Assembly (NCBI GenBank): GCA_947259735.1
Contig: CAMYNN010000009.1
Span: forward strand, 17,856 to 81,855
Direction of reading: 5' to 3'
DNA length: 64,000 nucleotides
From: Thermodesulfovibrionia bacterium
GTDB lineage: Bacteria; Nitrospirota; Thermodesulfovibrionia; UBA6902
Within the stretch, counting starts at the first letter, position 1. Each line of letters begins with the position of its first letter. Positions 19,850 to 28,349 of this stretch are shown here, one piece after another. A program made the translations under genes and the position numbers. A model generated the notes under the pieces. The model was given only the letters and a program-made list of their open reading frames with translations, ran no database searches and was not told the DNA's origin.

Positions 19850-20161
19850 TCACAGTACAAACAATAGATTTTCCACAAAATCCAGATACTTCTGAGGTGG
19901 GTTTACAACTTCAATACCAACTCCTTCGCATGCGTCATTGTTCTCAGATAGTCTGACCAAAGTACCAGCAACAGACAGCATGCCGTCCTTTAAAGGTATG
20001 GATATACTGCAGTTCGATTTCTCAGCAAAACCCTTCTCATCAGTCTTGACATACATCCCTCTTTCCGAAAGATTTGTCACAGTTCCCGAGCATACCTTCC
20101 CCTCAACATCCAGTTGTACCTCCATGCGAATAGGGATTCTCCATGTAGCTCTTCTTGCCAT
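19850..20161 (-). CDS. PilZ-domain protein
   Basis: 103 aa. RIPIR (RxxxR) and TNLSERGMYV (DxSxxG-type) motifs. Paralogous to the ORF at 10180..10482. Confidence 0.7.
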   Translation of the reverse strand: MARRATWRIPIRMEVQLDVEGKVCSGTVTNLSERGMYVKTDEKGFAEKSNCSISIPLKDGMLSVAGTLVRLSENNDACEGVGIEVVNPPQKYLDFVENLLFVL

Positions 20162-20324
20162 AATGACCCTTTTCGTACCGCATTCACCGGTTAATAAAGT
20201 CCGTACTAGCTTTAGACCTCTTCTTATCTGATTATCATTTTATCCGGGAGCTGTCAACACAGGAATACTTATTCCCTTATAAGAGCATTAGCTCTGCCTT
20301 AAATATAAAATGTTATAATCGCTC

Positions 20325-21452
20325 ATGACAACACCGGTGAAAAATGAACAACTCAAAGTCCTTGTTCTTGAACCCTATTATGGAGGTTCTCACAAATCCT
20401 TTCTGAAGGGCCTGAAAAATCTTCCCTTCACGTTTGACTTCATGACCCTGCCTGCCCGCAAGTGGAAATGGAGAATGCGCCTTGCGGCTCCTTACTTTGC
20501 ACAGAGACTGCATGAACTGAAGAAGATGTATGACTTTATTCTATGCTCTACCTTTGTTGATGTTGCTGCTTTTCGGGGTCTGGCTCCCTCCTGGGTAAAT
20601 GAGGTTCCGGTCCTGACCTATTTTCACGAAAACCAGTTCGCCTATCCCACGCAGGTACATTATGAACGCGACTTCCACTATGCACTCACAAACATGACGA
20701 CCGCCCTCGCCTCTGATTGCATTGCATTCAACTCCCAATATAATCTCGATTCTTTTCTTTCGGGAATCGAAAAATTGCACAAAAAATCACATGACCTGAA
20801 ACTGGATGACCCCGTGAATGAAATACGTGGAAAGTCAAAGGTAATTTACCCCGGCATTGATTTCTCAGATATCGATGACGCCAAAAAAGCCGGTGACACA
20901 GGCCCGCCAGTAATTTTGTGGAATCATAGATGGGAACATGATAAAAATCCCGAACTCTTTTTTAAAACACTCTTTGATCTGGACAGAGCGGGGATTGCCT
21001 TCAGTCTCGTCATCCTTGGCGAAAAATTCCAGCAACACCCGCTCGTATTTGAAGAGGCCAGAGAAAACCTCTCTCAAAGAATCCTGCACTGCGGGTATAT
21101 CAAATCACGCCGGGAATATGCGAAATGGCTTAAACGCTCTACTATAGTGGTCTCTACTTCAAACCATGAGTTTTTTGGAATGTCGGTAATTGAGGCCGTA
21201 CGGGCCGGATGCCGTCCAATTCTTCCAGCCCGGCTGTCCTACCCTGAGCTTTTCCCCCGAGAATACCTCTATAACGAGAATGAATTTGCTGCCAGACTGA
21301 AAGATGCAGTTTTAGAGGGGAAGAGGCTTACTGACGAGCAGGCACAAAGCATGACAGATATGTTTTCGTGGGACACCCTTCGGCCTGTTTATGAAAAGTG
21401 GATTTTAAACAGCAGGAAATTCAGGCAGACAATATCGAGGCAAACTGAATGA
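20325..21452 (+). CDS. DUF3524-domain glycosyltransferase (GT4-like; GTDC1/tRNA-queuosine mannosyltransferase-like family)
   Basis: 375 aa. N-terminal LKVLVLEPYYGGSHKSF characteristic of DUF3524. C-terminal GT1/GT4-like region (HEFFGMSVIEAVRAGCRPILP). Confidence 0.6.
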   Translation: MTTPVKNEQLKVLVLEPYYGGSHKSFLKGLKNLPFTFDFMTLPARKWKWRMRLAAPYFAQRLHELKKMYDFILCSTFVDVAAFRGLAPSWVNEVPVLTYFHENQFAYPTQVHYERDFHYALTNMTTALASDCIAFNSQYNLDSFLSGIEKLHKKSHDLKLDDPVNEIRGKSKVIYPGIDFSDIDDAKKAGDTGPPVILWNHRWEHDKNPELFFKTLFDLDRAGIAFSLVILGEKFQQHPLVFEEARENLSQRILHCGYIKSRREYAKWLKRSTIVVSTSNHEFFGMSVIEAVRAGCRPILPARLSYPELFPREYLYNENEFAARLKDAVLEGKRLTDEQAQSMTDMFSWDTLRPVYEKWILNSRKFRQTISRQTE

Positions 21453-21489
21453 ATGAAGATAAAGAACCTCGGGATTTTTTCTCTCTCAT

Positions 21490-22497
21490 TCACTCCCAGA
21501 CTCCTTCAATTCTCTCCGTGCAGCGGGGACAGGCACTGACTGACATTTTATTCTGTAGAATCTGAAAACCGAAACGCTCTATGAGGAGTTCGCTGCAGGC
21601 CGGACAATAGGTGCTCTCCCCTCCCTCCCCGGGGACATTGCCTTCATATACATACTTCAGGCCTCTTTCAACACCCATGTTCTTCGCCATCCTTAATGTA
21701 TGCACAGGAGTTCTGGGCTGATCCAGAATTTCATGGGTAGGATAAAACTGGCTCACATGCCAGGGCATGGCCGCATCTACTGATTTAATGAATTCAATTA
21801 TACCTTCACAGGATTCTACAGAATCATTGTATGCAGGTATAATCAGGGTCGTAAGTTCGACCCACACTCCAAGTTCCTTCATCAGCTTTATCGTGTCTAA
21901 AACAGGCTGTAACCGAGCATTGCATATTTTCTTATAAAATTCATCATTACCTTTCAAGTCGATATTATTCCCATCAAGGTAGGGTGCTATAGCCCTGGTT
22001 GCTTCAGCAGATGTATATCCATTGCTGACGAAAACATTCTTTATTCCTTTTTCGTGTGCAAGACGTGCGCAGTCGTAGGCAAACTCGAAAAACACAGTTG
22101 GTTCCGTATATGTATAGGATATGCTTCTGCATCCAACGCTCTCTGCAGCATGAACAACTTGTTCAGGAGATACAGATTCTCCCGGGATGTCTGCATGTAT
22201 TTTTGAATACTGAGCGATATCATAGTTCTGACAGTGCCTGCACCGGAAATTGCATCCCACGGTTGATATAGACAGTGATTTAGATGAGGGAAGAAAATGA
22301 AACAGGGGCTTCTTCTCTATGGGATCTATATTCATTGAAATAAGTTTGCCGTACACAAGAGAATAGAGTGTCCCTCCCCTGTTTTCTCTTACACAACAAA
22401 TGCCTCTCTTGCCATTATTGATACTGCAATGGTGAGCACAGAGAAAACACCTTACTTTCATTCCCTTCATCTTCTCATAAAACATTGCCTCTTTCAT
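21490..22497 (-). CDS. AmmeMemoRadiSam-system radical SAM enzyme (PFL-activase-like)
   Basis: 335 aa. N-terminal Cys-rich region (CFLCAHHC), radical-SAM CNFRCRHC (CxxxCxxC), C-terminal CPAC...CPRC. Overall length and motifs match the AmmeMemoRadiSam radical SAM family. Confidence 0.8.
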   Translation of the reverse strand: MKEAMFYEKMKGMKVRCFLCAHHCSINNGKRGICCVRENRGGTLYSLVYGKLISMNIDPIEKKPLFHFLPSSKSLSISTVGCNFRCRHCQNYDIAQYSKIHADIPGESVSPEQVVHAAESVGCRSISYTYTEPTVFFEFAYDCARLAHEKGIKNVFVSNGYTSAEATRAIAPYLDGNNIDLKGNDEFYKKICNARLQPVLDTIKLMKELGVWVELTTLIIPAYNDSVESCEGIIEFIKSVDAAMPWHVSQFYPTHEILDQPRTPVHTLRMAKNMGVERGLKYVYEGNVPGEGGESTYCPACSELLIERFGFQILQNKMSVSACPRCTERIEGVWE

Positions 22498-22800
22498 AAA
22501 TCCATTATATCACGATAGATATTACCCGTACCCGTCATACACAAACACCGCCCTGCTGTCTTTATCTATTACACGCTCCCCTCATCAAAATATTATCGGT
22601 GATTATTGTGGAGAAATATATAAATATAATTAAACCTGCAAAGGTATTCTGCCGATATATGTATAAGCATGTTTATAAATGGACAACAAAAGGATCTAAA
22701 TTGGCAACAATCAAATCGTTTACAAAATGTATTCATATGTTCCATTTTTGTATTTTTCCCTTGACAATTAAAAAATAATTATATAAATTATAAACAACGT

Positions 22801-23346
22801 ATGTTAGAAAAACTTTTTACATCGGGAATCAGGGCTGACATCATGTCACTTCTTTTCAATAATCCTGAAGAGAAGTTTTATGTTAGAGAGATAGCCAGGC
22901 TTATCAGTAAAAATCCTTCGGGAGTAAAAAGAGAGCTTGATAAACTTCTCAAGATGGATCTTGTTTTAACTGAAAGGGAAGGCAATCTTAAATATTTTAC
23001 GGTAAACAGGAACTCCCCTCTCTTTCCCGAACTCAAAGGTTTGATTGCAAAATCCCTTGGTCTTCCCGGTGCACTTAAATCTGTACTGAAAGCATCGGAG
23101 GCAAAGTCAGCCTTTATTTACGGCCCCTACGTAAATAATGCAAACCGTTCTTCCCTTGACCTGTTTGTTGTTTCCGATTCAAATCATATTCGAAAAACAC
23201 TTGATGATATAGAAAAAAGATTCGGGAGAGAAATTAACCTTACGTTAATGAATCTTTTAGATTATAAGTCCAAGAAAAAGAGCGGAGACCGTAAGCTCAA
23301 GAAGCTTATCACCGCGAAAAAGATAGTACTTCTTGGAAGACTATAA
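22801..23346 (+). CDS. Winged-helix HTH + minimal nucleotidyltransferase (Pol-beta fold) domain protein
   Basis: 181 aa. N-terminal HTH-like region (YVREIARLISKNPSGVKRELDKL). NTase signature FIYGPYVNNANRSSLDLFVVSD (hG[GS]-x-D-x-D pattern). Confidence 0.55.
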   Translation: MLEKLFTSGIRADIMSLLFNNPEEKFYVREIARLISKNPSGVKRELDKLLKMDLVLTEREGNLKYFTVNRNSPLFPELKGLIAKSLGLPGALKSVLKASEAKSAFIYGPYVNNANRSSLDLFVVSDSNHIRKTLDDIEKRFGREINLTLMNLLDYKSKKKSGDRKLKKLITAKKIVLLGRL

Positions 23347-23387
23347 AATACTCCCGCGCAAAGGGAGAAGAAAGGGGGTGAAAATAA

Positions 23388-23663
23388 ATGGCCGCCAAGA
23401 AAAAAGCCGCTGCAAAAAAGAAAAAGACTACCGCTAAGAAGAAAACTACTGCGAAGAAGAAAACTACTGCGAAAAAGAAAACTACTGCTAAGAAGAAAAC
23501 TGCGAAGAAGAAGACTACTGCGAAAAAGAAAACTACCGCTAAGAAGAAAACTACTGCTAAGAAGAAAACTGCTGCGAAAAAGAAAACTACCGCTAAAAAG
23601 AAAACTACTGCTAAGAAGAAGACTGCAAAAAAGAAAACTGCTGCGAAAAAGAGAAGAAGATAG
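23388..23663 (+). CDS. Lysine-rich histone H1-like / Hc1-like nucleoid protein composed of (KKTTAKK)n repeats
   Basis: 91 aa. MAAKKKAAAKKKKTTAKKKTTAKKK... encoded by a 21-nt tandem DNA repeat. RBS aagggggtg. Followed by a clear intrinsic terminator. Antisense ORFs of 132 and 134 aa over the same repeat are artefacts. Confidence 0.65.
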   Translation: MAAKKKAAAKKKKTTAKKKTTAKKKTTAKKKTTAKKKTAKKKTTAKKKTTAKKKTTAKKKTAAKKKTTAKKKTTAKKKTAKKKTAAKKRRR

Positions 23664-23689
23664 CAAGAGTATAGTTTCTTTAAGCTTAG

Positions 23690-23724
23690 CTGTCCCATCT
23701 GAAGCAAGGTGGGGCAGTTTTTTT
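23690..23724 (+). terminator. Rho-independent terminator (stem CTGTCCCA/TGGGGCAG + T7)
   Basis: ctgtcccatctgaagcaaggtggggcagttttttt, 27 nt after the stop of the histone-like gene. Confidence 0.7.
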
Positions 23725-23864
23725 ATATTCAGACAGACTCTGCGGAGTACTCTGCAAGTCTTATAACAGGCGGAGTTACGAATATTAGGATTAAAACGGT
23801 TTCAGAAAAGTATAAAGGGCGATTTCCATCGCCCTAGGAACGATCTGGAGAGATACGAATAATT

Positions 23865-24761
23865 TTAAACCTGCGCAGCCAGTTCTGAAGATGTTGACAC
23901 AGGAACTGTTTCTGGAGTAACAATTTCCCAGGTGTCTCTTAATAAGAGTATTTTCTTGAGTAATTTTATATGCAGCGTATGTCCTGATTTATTTGCAAGG
24001 ATATGTCCATGTATGGGCAGACCAATCAGTGAAATATCACCTACTGCATCAAGTATTTTGTGTCGGACAAATTCATCTTTAAATCTCATTTTGTTATCAT
24101 TTATGACTTCCCGGTCATTCAGCACGATAGCATTGTCCAGTGATCCCCCCCGGGCCAATCCTCTTGACTTCAACATTTCAACATCCCGCAGAAAACCAAA
24201 GGTCCGGGCTGGCGCAAGTTCATCTATAAAGCTCATTGTCGTAATGTCGATTCCCATCTTTTGTTCTCCAAATGCAGGATGAGTATAGAATAAACGATAG
24301 GTTATTCTCGTTCCCTCATAGGGAATCACAGCTATCTGGCTATTACCATCCATAACAACAACGGGAGCCAGTATTCTTAAGTAAGAAACTGCTTTTGCCT
24401 GTTTATCGACTCCGGCTTCCATTATTCTGGAAACAAAATGAGATGAACTGCCATCAATTATCGGCACTTCAGGTCCATCAATCTCAACATACACATTATC
24501 AACATTGAGACCGGAGAGAGCAGCCATAAGGTGCTCCACCGTGCCAATTCTTACCCCTTCAGCAGACAGTGTTGTAGCAAAAGTCGTATCAGAGACAGAA
24601 CTCACACTGGCTTTAATTCTGACATTTCCTTTGTCAGTCCTTATAAAGACCACACCTGTATCACTCGGTGCAGGCATGAGTCTCATATTTATAGTCCTTC
24701 CAGTATGAAGACCTAACCCGCTGATAAATATTTCATCTTTAATCGTATTTTGCAATCGCAT
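23865..24761 (-). CDS. lpxC: UDP-3-O-acyl-N-acetylglucosamine deacetylase LpxC
   Basis: 298 aa. GLGLHTGRTINMRL, EHLMAALSGLNVDN, HGHILANKSGH – canonical LpxC motifs. Confidence 0.92.
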   Translation of the reverse strand: MRLQNTIKDEIFISGLGLHTGRTINMRLMPAPSDTGVVFIRTDKGNVRIKASVSSVSDTTFATTLSAEGVRIGTVEHLMAALSGLNVDNVYVEIDGPEVPIIDGSSSHFVSRIMEAGVDKQAKAVSYLRILAPVVVMDGNSQIAVIPYEGTRITYRLFYTHPAFGEQKMGIDITTMSFIDELAPARTFGFLRDVEMLKSRGLARGGSLDNAIVLNDREVINDNKMRFKDEFVRHKILDAVGDISLIGLPIHGHILANKSGHTLHIKLLKKILLLRDTWEIVTPETVPVSTSSELAAQV

Positions 24762-24873
24762 AACTCAACTATATAAGCAATTTGGATACCAGAGAATTTA
24801 CCTTTTAAAATCAAGGGGATTGATTTTAGACATGTATCATTAATACCTCTACAGTGTCTCTATTCTGCACATT

Positions 24874-26265
24874 TCAGACTTCCCCTCCTACAACCATTTC
24901 AGGTATTCTCACGGTAGGCATGGCATCGGAGACAGGAACCCCTTGCGCATCTTTACCGCAGGTTCCTATGGCAAAACCAAGATCATTTCCGACCATATCT
25001 ATTGATTGCAGGACATCAGGGCCGTTGCCTATGAGAGTAGCACCTCTTACAGGTTCTCCTCGTTGTCCCTTTTCTATGAGGTACCCTTCTGATACTTCAA
25101 ACACGAATTCTCCCGTTACAGTGTTGACCTGTCCTCCGCCCATTTTCATTACGAGAAACCCCTTGTCTACAGAACCTATAATTTTCAGAGGATCCTCTTC
25201 TCCTGATGCAATGAATGTATTGGTCATCCTCGGAATAGGCCTCTCTTTATAAGACTGCCTTCTTCCATTTCCGCTCGATGGAACACCATCTTTCATGGCA
25301 GTTAGCCTGTCGTACATGTACCCTGTAAGGACCCCTTTCTCTACCAGCACAGTACTTTGAGATATGGTGCCTTCATCGTCAAACCTGAACGACCCTCTCT
25401 TATTCTGAAGGGTCGCATCATCAATAATAGTCACCATCGGGGATGCAATCCGCTCACCCATTTTGCCTGTATATACTGACAGCCCCTGCTGCACGAGATC
25501 AGCCTCGAGTCCGTGTCCCACGGCCTCATGAATCATAGTGCCCCCTGCTTCAGCAGATATGATAACGGGCATCCTCCCCCCCGGCGCCTTCCTTGCATTT
25601 AACAGAGTTACAGCCTTCTGTGCCGCCTTGCAGGCTACCTCTTCAAAAGGGGTCTCATCAAAGATTTCAAAGCCCGCAAGCCCGCCAACAGGTTCATAGC
25701 TTGTCTGCAATACATCACCTTCGGCAGCAATGACCTGAATCAGGGCAAGGGTATAAATCCGCTCGTCTTCCGCAATTATTCCGTCCGAGGATGCGATACA
25801 AACATTTTTAATGGAATCCCTGTACATAATTGAAACCTGCTTGATCTTCGGACTGACACTCCTGGCAGCTTTGTTTGATTCTTCGATAAGTGAAATTTTT
25901 CTGTTTGTTGCCACATCCCGGGGATTTAATTTTATAGTGAAATCAGTTGCAGGCTTCAGTTTTCTCAAGTCGAAAGACAGGATTCCTTCCTTTTTGTCTT
26001 TTACTGCGCTGCTGACTGTCTCCGCGATATGGGCGAGAGACTCCTCGGAGAAATCATTACTGTATGCATAGGCAGATTTACCTCCAAAGATAACTCGAAC
26101 ACCTATGCCGGTATCTACTCCGGAATACAGTTTTTCTATTTTGTCATCTTCAAGCTGAATAGCGAGAGGCCTTTCCCTCTCAATATAAACGTCCGCATAA
26201 TCGCCCCCCCTTGAAAGCGACTTTTTTATTATTCTGCTTATCAGTTCATCAGAAATTCTGTTCAT
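24874..26265 (-). CDS. tldD: TldD/PmbA-family metalloprotease (TldD-like)
   Basis: 463 aa. GGDYADVYIERERPLAIQLEDDKIE... and HEAVGHGLEAD metal-binding motif. Confidence 0.85.
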   Translation of the reverse strand: MNRISDELISRIIKKSLSRGGDYADVYIERERPLAIQLEDDKIEKLYSGVDTGIGVRVIFGGKSAYAYSNDFSEESLAHIAETVSSAVKDKKEGILSFDLRKLKPATDFTIKLNPRDVATNRKISLIEESNKAARSVSPKIKQVSIMYRDSIKNVCIASSDGIIAEDERIYTLALIQVIAAEGDVLQTSYEPVGGLAGFEIFDETPFEEVACKAAQKAVTLLNARKAPGGRMPVIISAEAGGTMIHEAVGHGLEADLVQQGLSVYTGKMGERIASPMVTIIDDATLQNKRGSFRFDDEGTISQSTVLVEKGVLTGYMYDRLTAMKDGVPSSGNGRRQSYKERPIPRMTNTFIASGEEDPLKIIGSVDKGFLVMKMGGGQVNTVTGEFVFEVSEGYLIEKGQRGEPVRGATLIGNGPDVLQSIDMVGNDLGFAIGTCGKDAQGVPVSDAMPTVRIPEMVVGGEV

Positions 26266-26473
26266 TATTTAACGCAGGGGAAAGAGATTTGTGGGCTCCA
26301 TTGTCCACTTAAAATCTGGTCCTTCCATCTCTTGCATCTGAAGCTCTCCGTGAAGAACCACCCGGAGCGGCACCCAATACCCCCAAATCCTTTCTATCAA
26401 TTTTCATTATAATTTGAAATGGTATTATACAACATATCTTACATCCATTATATAGAGTGAGAAAGGAGAATAA

Positions 26474-27263
26474 CATGCCCAAAATAGGCGTTATCGGCGG
26501 AAGCGGTCTGTATGATATGAAGGGATTTGTACTCAATAAAAAGAAAGCGGTAAAAACACCCTTCGGCAAACCGTCGGATCAGTATCTGCTCGGTAAGATT
26601 GGCAACGTTGAAGTCGTGTTTCTTCCCCGGCACGGCAAACACCATGACATCCCTCCCCATTCTATCAACTACAGGGCAAATATCTGGGGGTTCAAAAAGC
26701 TTGGCGTTGACAGAATCCTTTCAATCAGTGCCGTCGGTGGAATAAAAAAGGGCTTAACGCCAGGGGATATAGTTATTTTGGATCAGGTGCTGGACATGAC
26801 GCAAAGCAGAATATCCACATTTTATGACGGGAAAGATGGTGTCGTTCATATTGATTTTACGGAGCCTTACTGCCCTGAGCTGCGAAAAGTTCTGATGAAA
26901 GCCGGGAAAGGAGCAAAAGTATCCGTAAAAAACGGTGGTACCTATGTAGCGGTAGAAGGGCCACGACTGGAAACTGCTTCGGAAATAAAGAGTTTTAAAA
27001 TCCTCGGCGGTGATGTTGTCGGGATGACAGGAATGCCCGAGGCTTCGCTTTCAAGAGAACTGGAAATATGTTATTCCGGGTTGTCCGTCGTCGCAAATTA
27101 TGCTGCGGGAATAAGCAAAAAAAAGCTTACTGTAGCTGAAGTTATGGAAGCAATGCAGTCATCAACTGGAAACATAAAGCGTCTGTTAAAAGAAACAATC
27201 AGGCTGATCCCGAAAAACCGAAAATGCCATTGCGGAGAGGCACTGAAAGAAGCTAAAATATAG
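26474..27263 (+). CDS. mtnP: S-methyl-5'-thioadenosine phosphorylase (MTAP / purine nucleoside phosphorylase family)
   Basis: Start at ATG 26474 after RBS aaaggag. PKIGVIGGSGLYDM, phosphate-binding and PNP-family signature regions (VGMTGMPEASL). Confidence 0.85.
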
Positions 27264-27398
27264 TATCACTGCTCAATACCTGTTTTCATCCGACTCCCGA
27301 TTTAAAGTGCCCGGTACAGTCAGCCTCTGACAGCGTTTTTTGCAGGAACAGACAGTGTCCACCAATTGTGATTCAGATAATTGACAGTAAACAGGTAA

Positions 27399-28304
27399 TT
27401 GTATAACCTAATTAAAGTGCTTGAATATTCTTTAAAAAAGTTCCGTTATCTCAACTACCTGCTCGCTGTTTTGATAGTTTTTGCATCCCTGCTCCTGGTG
27501 AGAAACGTTGTGAGCATTTCTTTTTCAAAAAACGGAGAACCGCAGGTCGCCTCAGAAGATACCCCTTTACCATATAAGAATAAAAAAGACATTATGCACT
27601 ATTCCGGAATACTGGAAAGAAATCCTTTCGGAGAGCCGATGAGCCTCAAACCTATCGCCGGTGAGAAAAAGGAGGCAACATTTCATGGATCATTGACTGA
27701 TCTGACCTTGGTCGGAACGGTAGTCGGTCCCCGATGGCTGAGTTATGCAATATTTGAAAACAAGGCAAATTCGTCCACCGGAGGCCAGGAAGTTTTTGCA
27801 TACAGGGAAAAAATCTACGATTACGGGATGTTAACAACGATCAGCAGCTCATCTGTTGAAATAGAGCAGGACGGTCGGCTTTACAAACTCACAATTCCAT
27901 TTGAAGAAGCCGGAGAAAAGTTGACAGGGGAACCGGACAGGCGATCTTCAACTCCTCAAAACTCATTTGCAAGAAAAGTAGGTGAAAGGGAGTATGTTCT
28001 TGACGGCAGAAGAGTCCAGAAATCACTCGAAAGCCCTGAACAGATATTGACAGACGCGCGACTGCTACCGAACTTTGTGGACGGAAAGCAGGAGGGCTTC
28101 AAAGTAAGCGAAGTAATTCCTGACGGAATTTACCACACCATGGGGATCAGAAACGGAGACATCCTGTTAAGAGTAAACGGCCTTGAAATATCAAATCCTG
28201 AAGTTGCCATGCAGGCAATGACTGCCCTGAAAGGAATGAACAGGGTCGAACTGGACATAGCGAGAGAAGGCAAGAACATGTCTATGAATTACCAGATACG
28301 GTAA
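27399..28304 (+). CDS. gspC: Type II secretion system protein GspC (N-terminal TM anchor, HR/PilP-like region, C-terminal PDZ)
   Basis: 301 aa. TM helix YLNYLLAVLIVFASLLLV. C-terminal PDZ (GIRNGDILLRVNGLEISNPEVAMQAMTALKGMNRVELDIAREGK). Immediately upstream of gspD. Confidence 0.75.
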   Translation: MYNLIKVLEYSLKKFRYLNYLLAVLIVFASLLLVRNVVSISFSKNGEPQVASEDTPLPYKNKKDIMHYSGILERNPFGEPMSLKPIAGEKKEATFHGSLTDLTLVGTVVGPRWLSYAIFENKANSSTGGQEVFAYREKIYDYGMLTTISSSSVEIEQDGRLYKLTIPFEEAGEKLTGEPDRRSSTPQNSFARKVGEREYVLDGRRVQKSLESPEQILTDARLLPNFVDGKQEGFKVSEVIPDGIYHTMGIRNGDILLRVNGLEISNPEVAMQAMTALKGMNRVELDIAREGKNMSMNYQIR

Positions 28305-28349
28305 GCAAATATACCCAATTATTTGACAATTGACACCCAATAAAGAATA

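Noticed and set aside
23262-23707. Two minus-strand ORFs (132-134 aa, Phe/Leu/Ser-rich) overlapping the KKTTAKK gene
   Set aside because: They are antisense read-through of the 21-nt tandem repeat. The plus-strand gene has an RBS and a downstream intrinsic terminator, whereas the antisense ORFs have neither.
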